Positions 14,251 to 27,569 of a stretch of DNA of 64,000 nucleotides are shown here, in pieces (positions within the stretch are counted from its first letter, which is position 1; every line of letters begins with the position of its first letter). This DNA comes from Eledone cirrhosa (lineage: Eukaryota). The notes below the pieces were generated by a model that did not search any database, was not told where the DNA came from, and was given only the letters and a program-made list of their open reading frames with translations. The DNA is taken from NCBI GenBank assembly GCA_964016885.1, contig OZ024740.1:272862001-272926000 (forward strand). Reading direction: 5' to 3'. Made by a program: the position numbers and the translations under genes.

Positions 14251-14512
14251 TCACACGTGTGTATGCTTCTATTTTACTATGATTTTCTCATTTCATTGTT
14301 ATTACTGTTAGTTGTTTTTTTTGTTGCTATATTTTGTGAAAATTCGTATGCACATGCGTGAGTTTTTTGTGGAGTGAAAGTTCATATTTTTCTAATACTT
14401 CTTTAATTTATTAAATTTCCTTGCAAACAAAAATATCCAAAACAATCAATAAAAATAAACTCAAGAAAACCACAATTTTAAAAAATGATGAGTACCCTGT
14501 AAAACGGCTATG

Positions 14513-14513
14513 A

Positions 14514-14549
<36 letters not shown>

Positions 14550-14560
14550 CACTACTACTT

Positions 14561-14649
<89 letters not shown>

Positions 14650-14680
14650 ACTACTACTATAACTAATAATAATAATGATA
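14513..14680. repeat. (CTA)n-(CTG)n microsatellite
   Basis: Visible directly. Confidence 0.95.
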
Positions 14681-15169
14681 GTAATATAAGCAGCAAAAAT
14701 ACTAAAAAGGGAACAAGGAACATACATACATTCATTCAGAAATTCGAAGGAATTAGAAAAATATATGAAAATTACTGTATAAAAAGTAAATGATGAAAAA
14801 AGAATTATGCGAGAGCAACAAGACTAAAGAAAGAAAAATAAACCATAAATACTATGAAATTGAAAATTAAATATAAATAAAAATAAAATATGTATGGGAG
14901 CCTCTACATAAATTTCAAAGTCACTGACTAAGAAAGATAATAAAATTCTATTCGCTCGTGATCTGTCAAATCGGGACACATTATTATTATTTTGTTTCTT
15001 CTTTAGCAGATATTCTAGACCACCGTACTAACTGGCTTTACTTGAGTTATTCCAATTTTTCTACGTTCTGAGTTCAAATTTATAGCCAAGTTCCATTGAA
15101 AGAAATAGTATATTTTATATTTGTATTGAATTTTATAACAAATATTGGCTCGAGAAAACGTGAGGGAAA

Positions 15170-15882
15170 ATGGCATGCTGTATTTGATCCGGTTGTTTAT
15201 GTACTGCGTTCAAGTTTCAACTTGGCCTACGTTGTTTCTGAACCTTGCTCTCGCGAGAAAGTAAAGTACCAATCATGAACTGGATTCGATTTACTCGACT
15301 TTCTTCTTTCTCCAGTAAATTGTTGTACTTGTGCCAAAATTCGAAATCAGTAGGACATCAGATGACATTCTTTACAGCATAGAATTATGGTCCTTTTCGT
15401 TCTGAGTTCAAATCCCGCCAAGGTTAACTTTGCCTTTCATCCTTATGGGGTCGATAAAATAAAGTAGAAGTAATGCATTGGGGTATTGCTGGCCTTGTAC
15501 CAAGAGTAAAAACAATTATTATTAAGGTTAGTTTTGCCTTTCATCCTTACGAGGTCGATAAAATAAAGTACCAGTGGCACACTGGGGTCGATTTAATCGA
15601 CTTTCCTCCTTCCCCAAAATTGTTGGCCTTGTACCCAAATAAGAAACCATTATTATTATCATTATTATCATCACCATTATTATTATCATCACTTAGGGCG
15701 GTAGATTGGCAGTATCGGTAGAGGGTCGGACGCCATGCTTTGACGCATAGAGTTACGACCCTTGCCGTTTTGAGTTCAAATCCCGGCGAGGTTAACTTTT
15801 CCTGACGGGGGTCGATAAAATAAAGTACCAGTAATGCACTAGGTAATTGCTGGCCTTGTGCCAAAATTAGAAACAATTATTA
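15170..15882 (+). mobile_element. Cluster of four SINE family A copies
   Basis: Copies at ~15170-15350 (old), 15350-15520, 15525-15652 (partial) and 15695-15882. Confidence 0.88.
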
Positions 15883-15899
15883 TTATCATCACTATCTTT

Positions 15900-15944
15900 A
15901 TAAGAACATTCTCAGTCAATGCATAAGAACATTCTCAGTCAATG
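15900..15944 (+). repeat. 23-bp direct tandem duplication
   Basis: TAAGAACATTCTCAGTCAATG occurs twice, 23 bp apart. Confidence 0.85.
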
Positions 15945-16282
15945 TGTATGGTATTCAATGGGGATCAAGCGACGAATTTCTATGATTTATTCTGAGCACG
16001 TTGGGATCCGTGGAACATGGAAGTCGGAAACTATATTCAACTTCCAAACATCCTTGGCATGGCAATTGTATCGGGTGTTGCCGAGAAAATTAATTTCTCA
16101 TTTAAAATAAGCTATAAATGTACAGCACATGCCCTAAGATATACCCGGAACGGCGAACATTTTCTGTGCTGGATAAAGGGTTCAGGTGGAAATCTCATAC
16201 TTTAGTAGCAATCTGATGTAGAAATTATAATTTATATAATTTTCTACTCTACACTGACTACAAAATATATTAGGAAAGTAAT

Positions 16283-16630
16283 AATTCTACTATAGGCACA
16301 AGGCCAGCAATTTTGGGTGAGGGGTAATTCAATTAAATCGATCCCAATGCGTTATTTCTACTTATCGTCCCCGTAAGGATGAAAGGCGTAGCTAACCTCG
16401 ACCGGATTTGAACTCAGAACGTAAAGGGCCGCAACTCTATGACGCAAAGCATGCTGTCCGACACTCTACCGATTCTGCTTATAGATTTTATTGCTACAAC
16501 ATATGATTATATTTTATTATTAATATCCCGCCGAGGTTAACTTTGCCTTTCATCGTTACAGGGTCGATAAAATAAAGTACCAGTCACGTACTGCGGTCGA
16601 TTTAATCGACCTTCCCCTCCCCCCAATTTT
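16283..16630. mobile_element. SINE family A, minus copy (16283-16478) and partial plus copy (16525-16630)
   Basis: Family motifs on opposite strands. Confidence 0.85.
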
Positions 16631-16849
16631 TTATTAATTCAACCTATAATAATTGTCAATGGCTGCAGAATTTATTCACCTTGTTCTGGAGCTTTGTGAG
16701 TTATGAGTTTGTGTTTCAGTCATCACGATTCAAATTTACGACCAGAAACTGAATCGAAAATTAATCCTCGGTGTTTCTCCTCATAAAAATATATCTCAAA
16801 TACTACGGACAAGTCACCGGAATCCATTGACAGGCAGGGATTGTGTATG

Positions 16850-17540
16850 ATAATCTTCCGCTTGGCCTCAGTGCTGAACAAAAAATATTAACCATACGGC
16901 CTGTAATTTTATATATCATAATTCAGTATTCGTGCCAACCCTTACCTATGGCCCGATTAAAGGCCTGTTTCGAGCAAAAACTATTGTATCTGCAAGAAGA
17001 GACAGGCTCAACTATGTTTGCATATTTGGGTTTAAACTGGGGATCATAGTTTATTAACTTCTAATATTTTTCCTATTTATTCTCTCAATAATGGGTTGAT
17101 CCCATCCTTTGAAATAAGCGTTCCTATGAAATTTATGGAATATGTATGATTAATGTATTTATTTGGTTTAATAGATACATTGGCTCCTTGAAATCTAGCA
17201 ATAACTGCATTTTCTCGATTCTTCACTTTATTCTGGGTTATTGCTAAGATTAGTTTGTCATCCTGATAGATAATTATGCCATTAATTTCATTCTATATAG
17301 ACTCTATACACTGCTTGAGAATGGAGGTGCTATTCTGAGATCGGTCTGAAGTCTATTGACAATGTAAACAAAATTGGTTGTGTTTATTGCACACAATCTA
17401 TTAGAATCCTTATACAAACCAATCTACCAGGAGGCATTCTTAAGTCAACTGAGAAAAAACTTTGCACCTTGCGTATCAATAAACAATGCTTCAAGATGAG
17501 AAGTTGTATGTGAACAAGTTTGAAACGTGTCATTTAAATC
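16850..17540 (-). mobile_element. Decayed Gypsy/Ty3 LTR-retrotransposon reverse transcriptase fragment
   Basis: Across frameshifts the minus strand gives FSQL(D)LKNA.W.I, AINT, RL..AP.I, EINGIIIYQDDKLI and PKYANIVEP, in Gypsy RT motif order. Confidence 0.7.
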
Positions 17541-17749
17541 TATTTTATAATAGCCTCATAATTTTAATTCACCATTTTCTTTCGCACTAAATCAGTTGGA
17601 AATATATTGCCAATTGACAAGGATTTATAATGCCCATTTTAATGTTAATTTTCAATGTCCTTTTCTATGTGCAGGGTGGCCGGAGCAGAATTCATGTTTA
17701 ATAGTATTCGGTACTCAAATTTAGAATTATTATTAGTAAATATACTAGG

Positions 17750-18118
17750 GCTGTGGAATTTCAGAATCAGTAGAGCGTCGGACCAAATGTTTCGCGGCAA
17801 AGAGTTAGGCTCTGATTTCAAATCCTGCCGAGGTAAGCTTTGGCTTTCATCCTTACGGGGTCGATAAAATAAAGCATCAGTAATGCAAATTGCTGGCCTT
17901 GTACATAAAGTAAAATCAATTATTAGTAAATATACTAAGACTCAGTGGTGGTGGATTGGCACTATCAGCAGAACATCGGACAACATTCTTTTACGTTTTG
18001 AGTTCAAATCCCGGTGAGGTTATCGGTGCTTTTCATCCTTATGGATGGGATCTATTTAATGAACTTTCCCCTTCCCCAGAAATTGCTGGTCTTGTGCCTA
18101 AATCAGAAACCATTATTA
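17750..18118 (+). mobile_element. Two tandem SINE family A copies
   Basis: Family motifs at ~17750-17925 and 17945-18118. Confidence 0.85.
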
Positions 18119-18844
18119 GTAAATACTCATATAGTTAGTAACACCATTTACTTTTCAGAATGTTTGCATCGATTAACCAAAACATTATTCTGTATTATAA
18201 CTCATCTTTATGACTGTTCCACGAGGAAATGTCCTCCCTCGTTACATCATTACAAAATTAACTAGTTCCGGGATGCATCAAATTATTCAAGTAATTAAAA
18301 AAGAAACCGTTTCATATGAAGTATATCTGGGTTATGTTTGTTTGCTGAAAATTTACATAAAGAAACAAAAGCATTGTGCTTTATGCGAATACCGTTTCAC
18401 AGTTAGTCTTGATTAGTTGCAAATTTCTAAAGCTTTCTTAAAGTTTAATTATTTTCCAACAACGCAATTTAAATCTTCACATGAACAAACCTGAATTGTT
18501 TTAGGATATAGAAAACCTTTCAAATGTTATGATTACAATGATGTCACATAATACACAATAATTTATCCCAGCCAGTTCAGGCTATAAACAGATTTAAATT
18601 AAACTGTGTTAGTCTTGATTCAGTAATTCATTACCCGTAGCATCATCAGGATTTTAGAATTTATTATAATCCGCTTTTGTGTTGTTAGCTGAGTATTAGT
18701 GTGGCAAAAATCCATCGAAAATTTGTTTAATGTTTACAATAATTACGGAAGTTCATCACAGTAAATAAATGTATATCCGAGCAACATCTGTGACATTTCG
18801 ATACACCTTACCAGGAGGCCACCGTAATTCACACAAACACACAC

Positions 18845-19800
18845 ATTTCGATTGATATACATTCATCAGGGCCTTAGTCGCGCCAGGTTTTTTAGTCATC
18901 CTCTGTATGATGTATCGTATGAGGTGTGGGTAGTCGTAGATAAAGCTGTTCAGAGTAGGGCATGTTTGCGCCTCCCCCACCAGATCGTCGACAACAAACG
19001 CCAGCTTCATCGCTAATACCTTGTCCAAAAATCTGAACTCTGCATTTAGCAAAGTTAAGGGATTAAAATTATGAATAGAGTCCAACATGTTCGGGCTCTC
19101 ACTCGCCAGCTCCACCACTCATCAGCTCCGGAACTGACAATTTCCCCGTTCTGCTGCCAGTTGCAGTAGACGTCTCCCTAGAGAACAACGAACAAGTTTG
19201 GCATATAGTCAGACCATCTAAACCAGGTGACTTTACCCATCATGTAGTTACTCATCGGCTCCCGTATTTCGCCGGCTGTTATCGACTATTCGCAACACTC
19301 CACCTCCGTGGCCGAGGCCGCGGACTGGCCGTCGATGTAAGCAATAAAGTCTATATCGACATCTGGCCCACTGCCTTTCCCAATCCCGAGCTAGAGAACT
19401 TCCTCAATAGATCACCCTCTAATCTCGTTTTAATCCATCACTACTCCTTTACTAAACTTTATCGATTCTATTCTAATCACCCTTTTCACGGCTAACAAAC
19501 ATTTGTTGTTGATTGTTCCCGTCAACGTCCGCTTAACTAATTCACTAAACGGGTCTCTAAAGGCGTTACGGACATGTCTAGCTTCCAGTAACCAATAACT
19601 ATGACGCCTTTATAAGATCCCTGCACAGGTTCCAAATTTGTGATCTCAGTAGTCCACTACTTTGAATTAGGATTAGCCAATGCTAGCCTTATCTTCTTCC
19701 TGAGAGTATACTCTATCCAAATACGATCTGGATGATCCGATGCGATTTGTCCATGTCCACATTGGCTTATTCAAGAAATCCAGTCAGTATCTGTCACAGA
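18845..19800 (-). mobile_element. Decayed L1/Tx1-clade LINE ORF2 fragment (endonuclease C-terminus to RT N-terminus)
   Basis: ORF 18756-19118 reads NFNPLTLLNAEFRFLDKVLAMKLAFVVDDLVGEAQTC...ALMNVYQSK. Upstream minus-strand motifs are SRSYLDRVY, DHK, GYWKLD, PGLDGL and WQQNG. Confidence 0.85.
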
Positions 19801-19861
19801 GTTGGAAGTGTCTGAGCAGGTTTCCGAGGCTTTTACACATTCCTCTCCTATATTCATAATA

Positions 19862-20048
19862 ATAACTGTTTTTACTATAGGCACAAGGCCAGCAACTATG
19901 GGGGAGGGGAAGATCGATTAAATCGACCCCACTGCGTGACTTTAAGAATAGAAGACAAAGCTAACCTCTGTGGGATTTGAACTCAGAAGTAAAGGGATGT
20001 AACTCTATGCTACGAAGTATGTTATCCAACGCACTACAGAGTCTGCCA
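19862..20048 (-). mobile_element. SINE family A (diverged)
   Basis: Reverse-complement tail and B-box. Confidence 0.8.
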
Positions 20049-20491
20049 TGGAAAAAAAACCTAAGAAAATAGACATAGGTTCAATTTGTATAGAAAAACA
20101 TTGAAAGAGTGGTTGAATTACCGAACACAACATTAAAAACTGAATTTGGAATTATCTTGTGGAAATGAGCTATTATTGTAATTATAATATTAAATATTTC
20201 GTATTTGAATATGTGTGTATATCATTTTAGCCATTACGTTTTTGAGTTTTTGTTTGAAGTTCCAGCTTTATATATATCTATGTATATTTGCATATGTGTT
20301 CACATACAGAGAGAGAGAGAGAGAAACACACACAAACAAAACCCATATATATATATATATATATACATATATATATAGAGAGAGATAGAGTTGGTGTGTG
20401 AAAGAACGGTAGAGAAGGCGAAAAGGAGGAAAGGGAAACTTTCCAGACACACCATTATATGTACTCTTTCAGACGATACAGCAACAGACAT

Positions 20492-20545
<54 letters not shown>

Positions 20546-21004
20546 GAATATACATACGTAGATATAGCGCTGTAGTTACAATAACGCATATTTTCACATG
20601 CGGGTACACACTTAAAATTTACAGACAAAAACCTATATAAATTGACAACTATAATGTGATTCAACCACTTATAAACCACATATAAGTAAAAATCAGGAAA
20701 AAAAATTAGGAAAGAAAACGAAAAACATTTTAAAATGAGGAGAAAATATCTAACAAAAACGACCTAAAGAAAAGAATGAAATAAAATAAATAAAAAAATA
20801 CAAATTGAAATAAAAACAAATTAATGGTAAAACAATGACAAAATGAAACAATCTCTCCCTGAAGATTATTGTCCTTTTTTTGTGATTGAAACAGAATTAC
20901 TTTGTACAAAAAGCTTCAGGCGAAATTTCCCATTCCTTTTCTTTTTCCTGTTTTCTTTCTGGCAATACCATTTATTCTTACATTATTATTATTATTTCAC
21001 AGAT

Positions 21005-21860
21005 TAGTTAGTGTTGAACAAAATGCTTTTCTGTATATATTTCGGCTCTTTATGTTCTTATTTCAAATCCCACCGAGGCTAGCTTTGCCTTTCATCCATA
21101 CACGGTCAATAAAATAAAGCAATAAAATAAACCAGGGCATGCCAACAAAGTCAGAAAACTGCACGGCTCCCATGGAACAAACTACCTGCATCAGTTGTTA
21201 ACTGCCGACACACTGCATCCTTTAAAACGTCCATGCTTCCTGAAATTCGCCAACACTATACCTGATATCCCCCCTCCATACACACGCACACATGTTTATC
21301 ATGACTCATACACTGTTCACTTTCCTGACATTTGTACATTATTCTATGTACTATACCTGCATATTTGATGAGTTGTTGCGCACCTGAGCACTGTACACAA
21401 TAATTTCATTATTATTTAAAGCAATAGGGTTGATTGAATCGACTTTTCACCCTCCCTTTAAATTTCTGGCTTTGTGCCAAGTATAGAAAGTATAATTATT
21501 ATAAATTATACACATTAGTTAGAGTGTTGAACAAACTGTATATATTTCGGCTCTCTATGTTTTGAGTTCAAATACCACCGCGTCAACTTTGCATTTTAGC
21601 CTTAAAATAAAGTACCAGTCACGTACTGGAGTGTATCTAATAATAATGATAATAATAGTTTCTGATTTAAGTACAAGACCAACATATTTTGAGGGAGGGT
21701 AAAGGGGATTAATTGGACGCAATGCGTTATAAGTACTTTAACTTATCTACCCTATAAGGACGGAAGGGAAAGTTGACCTCCACGAGATTTGAAAGCAGAA
21801 GCTAATGGTTCATATATAAAGACTACAAAGCATGTTGTCGAGCAAATGTTCCACCATCCA
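21005..21860. mobile_element. Old SINE family A-related copies (plus at 21005-21500, interrupted; plus at 21515-21640; minus at 21655-21860)
   Basis: B-box and central-domain remnants. Confidence 0.7.
21128..21415 (+). mobile_element. 3' end of a CR1/L2-group LINE inserted into a SINE
   Basis: TRA/GH..KVRK and WNKLPASVVNC..TASFK motifs, then a 3' UTR ending in ATT repeats. It interrupts the SINE at ~21125. Confidence 0.7.
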
Positions 21861-21995
21861 CATTTCAAGATTAGGTAACCGCACAACAATTTGAGTACAA
21901 GTAGTCGTTAAACTGGACCAGTATTTTAGAGTGGTATTATATATATATATATACAATCAGCTCCTGATTATTACTGGAATTCTATAACAATACAG

Positions 21996-22088
21996 GTGCT
22001 ATAATTTTCGGCGAAAGCAGCGGAGTACGTGGCTCAGATGAACGCCAACCAGATTGACAGCTTCTCTCCCTTCTTTCGCCGAAAAGAA
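21996..22088 (+). other. Candidate spliced exon (possible start-containing exon MNANQIDSFSPFFRRKE from ATG at 22038)
   Basis: GC-richer island bounded by TACAG| and a consensus donor |GTAAGT. The polypyrimidine tract is weak and no homology is recognised. Confidence 0.2.
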
Positions 22089-22117
22089 GTAAGTGACATA
22101 GTCACTACTTTAAAACT

Positions 22118-22168
22118 AAATGTTTTTAATTAAACATACGGTATAATGCCAAATATACTATACATACA

Positions 22169-22213
<45 letters not shown>

Positions 22214-22306
22214 AATTAGAATTGGTGCTCTGAAATAGCTATATATATATATGAATGTATATATAGTGTATTTTGCAATACACTGTATGCTTAATTAAAA
22301 GCATTT
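22118..22306. repeat. Diverged inverted repeat with (TA)n-containing centre
   Basis: Arms of ~55 bp with about 8 mismatches, each running into (TA)n. Confidence 0.8.
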
Positions 22307-22319
22307 CGAAGACCTTATG

Positions 22320-22742
22320 CTATTAACCAATACACAGTCATCCAATCACAAACACACATCAAACAAAACACTATACACACACGCAAACACATGCGCAAAG
22401 AAGACAAAAAAATAAACAAATAAATAAACATATATAAACAGACTAAATAAAGATGGCGTAGAAACTACAATGCAACGGGAGGAAACAATAGCACCACTGA
22501 CGATGTTGCAGATGTGCAACGAAAGAACTTTGATAAACTATATATATGTGTTTGTCTCTATATTGTATCTGTATTTTTGACCGTTGGTCAGTCAATGGCA
22601 ACATTGAGGACCGAATAAATTAAATTAATCGATATAAAAGACACAGAAGCGAAAAACGAAAACCAACCAAACAGTGAGTGTGTTCTGTTATTAATTCTGA
22701 CAATATTACACAAATATGACCCTCCCCAAGTATAACAATATA
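22320..22742 (+). mobile_element. Penelope-like pLTR fragment, family P2, with a hammerhead-like motif at ~22492-22535
   Basis: CTGACGA-T-GTTGCA-gatg-TGCAAC-GAAA-gaac-TT. It is near-identical to the inverted copy at 42283-42700 and ends at (TA)n. Confidence 0.7.
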
Positions 22743-23692
22743 TATATACACATATATATATATATATATATACATACATTTATATATATTTATGTATATG
22801 TATATATATATATATATACGTTTGCATGAAGTGATCTTATAATATACATGTGCAGGCACTTATATAGTTGGATTATTAGTAAAATGAGGTAGATCGATAA
22901 ATAGTTATGTAGACATAGATAGATAGAATGATAGATAGAAAACCTAACAGCAGAATGAAATAAGACCTAGTAATTTTCCATACACTTAAATTTCTTTTTC
23001 ATTCTTTTTTCTCTTTGATACTCTCTTTTCTCTGGCGTCATCTATAGGTTTGTCTGCCCGTCTTCTTCTCTCTCTTTTTCTGCCTCTCTATCTACCTCTG
23101 TCTATTTCTCACAGGCAGTTCCCCTCTTTTCACTATATCCCTCTCACTCAACATGAACTATATCTTTCAATCAGAGCTTTTTATTCTACTAATTCTGCCA
23201 TTTCCCCATTCCTTCTAAATAGAAGCTTATATTGCACGGGACCAAGTACAACTCTATGTTGAGATCGGCGGGCTGGAGTGCTTTCAGAATTTAGTGCTAA
23301 GCTGCAAAGCAAACGACACATTTTCCTGAGGCATGTTTGCAATTAAATAGAGTTCTGCTTTCATTTTTGGTAGTCTGTTCAGCTGTACGAAAGGACATTC
23401 ATATTCTTGTAATAGATGTTCTTGTTGCTGTTGTTGTTTTTATATGTAATTGCTGTTATAACGAGAGATTCGAGCCTTCTGGAGAAGTTGCTCTTATCAT
23501 AGTTAGATATTTTGTTATTGTCCTTGTTGTTGTAGTTGGTGTTGTTGTAGATGGGAGTTATATTGTTAGTTTCTTTTCCTTATATCAACCCCCATTCATA
23601 TAAAGTTAGTATATTGAGTCAGGCCACATTTTTGCCATTCCGTAATCAACCTCCTTCAAGAATGTTCCTAAACCTTACATTAACACACACAC

Positions 23693-23735
<43 letters not shown>

Positions 23736-25048
23736 CACATGCACACACACACATGCACACATACACCCACACACACATACACACACGCGCACACAGTTGC
23801 ACCTTCATATTGTATAGTTAAAGTATGTACATACCAATGTATTCAAATGTAAATACACAGACACACTCACTGACTTATACATTATATAAACGTATGTATA
23901 TTTGATCATACGCACACATGTTATGTGTATATACATACACATAAACTGTTCACTGCAACTGAGAGTATTTATTTTCTTTCTTTTACATTTGTTACCTTTC
24001 CCTTCCTTTAATATCTTGCAGGGGCCTCTTCGATAGCCTTGAAGACGTATTAGATGCTTCTTTACAGAATTAATTTCATCCAATTGAGTAATATGATTGG
24101 GTCAGGTTAGGTTATATAGAAAACCCTTTGATTAGAATCTCCGAGAAAATTCTATTTACCCCTAGCATTAATGTCAACATTGCCAAACATTAATGATTTT
24201 GTAATGAAGTAAAGTAACAATCAGAATTTATTCAAGTAAGGTGTGTACGTAAACACTGGAATGTTGGAATACATCAAACGTAAGAAACATTGTGATGAAA
24301 CAAGTCAGATAAAAAAATGTGCTTAATTGTTAATGTCAATAGTTAAATGATATATTATAAATAATTATAATGATAATATCAAATGTACCACACTTTAAAC
24401 AAATTGGTCTTGCTATTCGCAGTCTAAATCTTATGCAATACATTTTAAATTCAATAGCTCACCTAAAACATAGTATTTGTAAGCCTTAGAGAGGAAATAT
24501 CAGTTCAAAAATAAGACATTGCCAATTTAGGATGAGATTAGGGATTTTAATGTGATAATAGCGATTTCGGTATTGGATTATCTCCAGATTAACTGGCTGT
24601 GATACTTCGAAAGGGAATGAAACAATATCGTAAGATTATTCTTAATGTCAACAATAGGAACTCACTTCGTTAATTACAGGTTTTTAATGGAGCAATTAAT
24701 CCATTATGTAGTTGTAATACCTAGGGTAATGGCCATGATCCGGGATCATAATAATCTATGAGCTTAAAACTAGCAATATTAGAAACATGTATCCTCTATG
24801 CTCAATGTTTAATTTTTCCTCGATTTGCTAGCGCATTGTGACCGAGCAAATCTGTTTGTGCAATGATTAAATAATTTTACATGCAGTTATGTAAGAGTTC
24901 CGTTGAAAAGGAGCTATTACCATTGTGATTAAAAACAATCGGTCTTTCTGTTTCGATTTGTTTATGATATCGTATTCCGCTGCTGATAAATCTTCCATGC
25001 CACATTTTCTCTCTGAGAAAATACATTAATCTAATTAAATCAAACAAG

Positions 25049-25113
25049 TTAAGTGACATGAACTTACTATGAAATCGTGTTTAAGTGACATGAACTTACT
25101 ATGAAACCGCGTT
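25049..25113 (+). repeat. 32-bp tandem duplication
   Basis: TTAAGTGACATGAACTTACTATGAAA occurs twice. Confidence 0.85.
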
Positions 25114-26289
25114 TCTTACTTTGAAGTATTGGGTCTCATTTTAAAGTGATATGTACTCACTTTGAAATAGGCTCAACTAACACGTTATAACCAAGGCTAT
25201 TTCTGCACCACACTTACAATACATCCTATAGCAACTGAGACAATACATGCCAAACTCATTCACCAAAAAATTCAATTTTTTTAGCATTTATGCAAAACAA
25301 CAAACAGACCAAACATTGAAGCGAAACCTGAAACAATAAAACAATTAAATAAATGCCCCAACAACACATAACAAACCCGTTAACTATGGCCACTGCTCCT
25401 CAGAGGCGGCTAATCTCCTGCAACATCCACCCAAGCACTCTCACTTCACTCATCACTCTTCCCCTTCATCACTTATAAGGTGTCCAACATACATGCTCTG
25501 TATTACCAACTAAGCTCATATGTTACGCACCAGAACGGCGTCCCATTGGACACAAATTCCACAAATTAAACTGAACATTAAGGATATCAAATCTCATTGT
25601 TCTCGGAAGGTTTGTAAGTGCTAAGTCATAGAAGTATTTTTCCAAACCTAGATAATAAAACACAACACTTTGTCTATTAGGTGTATATTAAAGTTTTGTG
25701 TGGCTTTTACAGCCGTTACTGCAAATAACTTGTTGTTCATGTTGTTGTTGCCATTTGTCTTGTACGTGTTACAGTCAGTTTTTTTGTCTGCTTCTCTTAT
25801 GTTTTTGTTGTTGCAGTGGTGGGTGTGGCGGTGAGGGTTTTGGTAGAGGCAGTGTTCGTGTTAGCGATTCTGTTCTTGTGGGTGTCAGGACGGTGTCAAA
25901 GGTTCTAAAAGCGAGAAGTTGGGGTCAAACTTTCCCGTGTAGAGTTGTTGCTGATGCTGGTTTTTGCTATCGTTGATTTTTTAACTTAAGCTGTTGCATT
26001 TTGGGGACAGCCAGCTGTTCAATTCAACAGAAGAATTTTTCTCATGAGCCGTATCTATTTTTTTAAACAAAGAGCGTGTAGGTGAAACGACACACAAAAA
26101 TGTAGCCTCTCAGGTCTGGAGATATAGAAAACCTACCACCTTTCTAAGAAGATCGTTGATTTAGGTACGAAATAATATTAATGTTTAGACAAAAATGTTT
26201 TAAAAATACGTTAGCAAACAATGAACTTACTCTACGGAAGTGTACCAAGTATCGAGTGACTCAGCAACAACAATAACATCAATAGCAAT

Positions 26290-27037
26290 AATAATTGTTT
26301 CTACTTTTGGCACAATGCCATCAATTACCCAATACATTACTGGTACTTTATTTTATCGGCCCCGTAAGGATGAAGGGCAAAGTTAACCTCGGCAGAATTT
26401 GAACTCAGAATAGCAAGGGCCGTAACTCCATGCGTCAAAGCATGGCGTCCGACCCTCTACCGACACTGCCAATCTACCGCAACAGCAATAATAATAATTG
26501 TTTCTTATATAGGCACAAGGCCAGTAATTTTGGGGGAGGGGAAATTCGATTAAATCGACCCCAGTGCGTGTCGGGTACTTTATTTTATCGACCCCGTAAG
26601 GATGAAAGGCAAAGTTAACGGGATTTGAACTCAGATCATAAAAGGGCGTAATTATATGCTGCAAAGCATGGTGTCCGACACTCTACCGATATTGCCAATC
26701 TGTTGCCCTAATAATAATGGTTTCTTATATAGGCACAAGGCCAGCAACTTTGGGGGAGAGAAAAGTCGATTAAATCGACCCCAGTGCGTGACTGGTACTT
26801 TATTTTATCGACCCCCCTAAGGATGAAAGGCAAAGTTAACCTCGGCGGGATTTGAACTCAGATCATAAAGAGCCGTAACTCTATGCTACAAAGCATGATG
26901 TCAGACGCACTACCGATACTGCCAATCTGCTTCCCTAATAATAATTGTTTCTAATTTCGTCACAAGGCCAGCAATTACCCCAATACATTACTGGTATTTT
27001 ATTTTATCGACCCCTTAAGGATGAAAGGCAAAGTTAA
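26290..27037 (-). mobile_element. Head-to-tail array of four SINE family A copies
   Basis: Copies at ~26290-26480, 26492-26708, 26712-26935 and 26940-27037 (partial), separated only by (AAT)n tails. Confidence 0.93.
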
Positions 27038-27246
27038 CAAGAACTTGTATAAACATGTACCAAACAGGACATAACGGCTTACTCGTAATCATCTTTAACC
27101 TCCCTGTTGAAATGTTGCCACCGACAACCATTTTAATGTTTTACACGAAGCCTTAAAATGTATGTTAGTGGAAAAATTTAGTTGAATCAAGCTTTGAAAA
27201 ACATCTACTGCTTTTGAATATCAGAGGAGTAATGTGTGAACTAAAA

Positions 27247-27457
27247 TACGATACCTCATAGACAACTTAATTACCAGCCTTATATAATTCTACCAAAAGT
27301 TAAGGTACTTTATAGACAACATAAATACCAGCCTTATATAATTCTAGCAAAAGCTACGATACTTTATAGACAAGATAAGTACCAGTCTTATATAATTCTA
27401 CCAAAAGTTACGATATCTTATAGAAAACATAACTACCAGTCTTATGTGATTCTATCA
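27247..27457 (+). repeat. 54-bp minisatellite, ~4 copies
   Basis: Unit TACGATACTTTATAGACAACATAAxTACCAGCCTTATATAATTCTACCAAAAGT starts at 27247, 27301, 27355 and 27409. Confidence 0.9.
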
Positions 27458-27569
27458 GTTTTACCAACAGTATTCGTTGGAGCTCTGTAGGAAAGGATTT
27501 ATAGTGTTTTACGTTTTTTCTTTTCCTTGTCGTCAATTAAAGGTCAAAGGTGAAAGTTATTCAAAACTA

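Noticed and set aside
26290-27037. Regularly spaced conserved motif resembling a CRISPR or attC array
   Set aside because: The whole ~200-bp units are homologous SINE copies, there are no unique spacers, and the context is eukaryotic.
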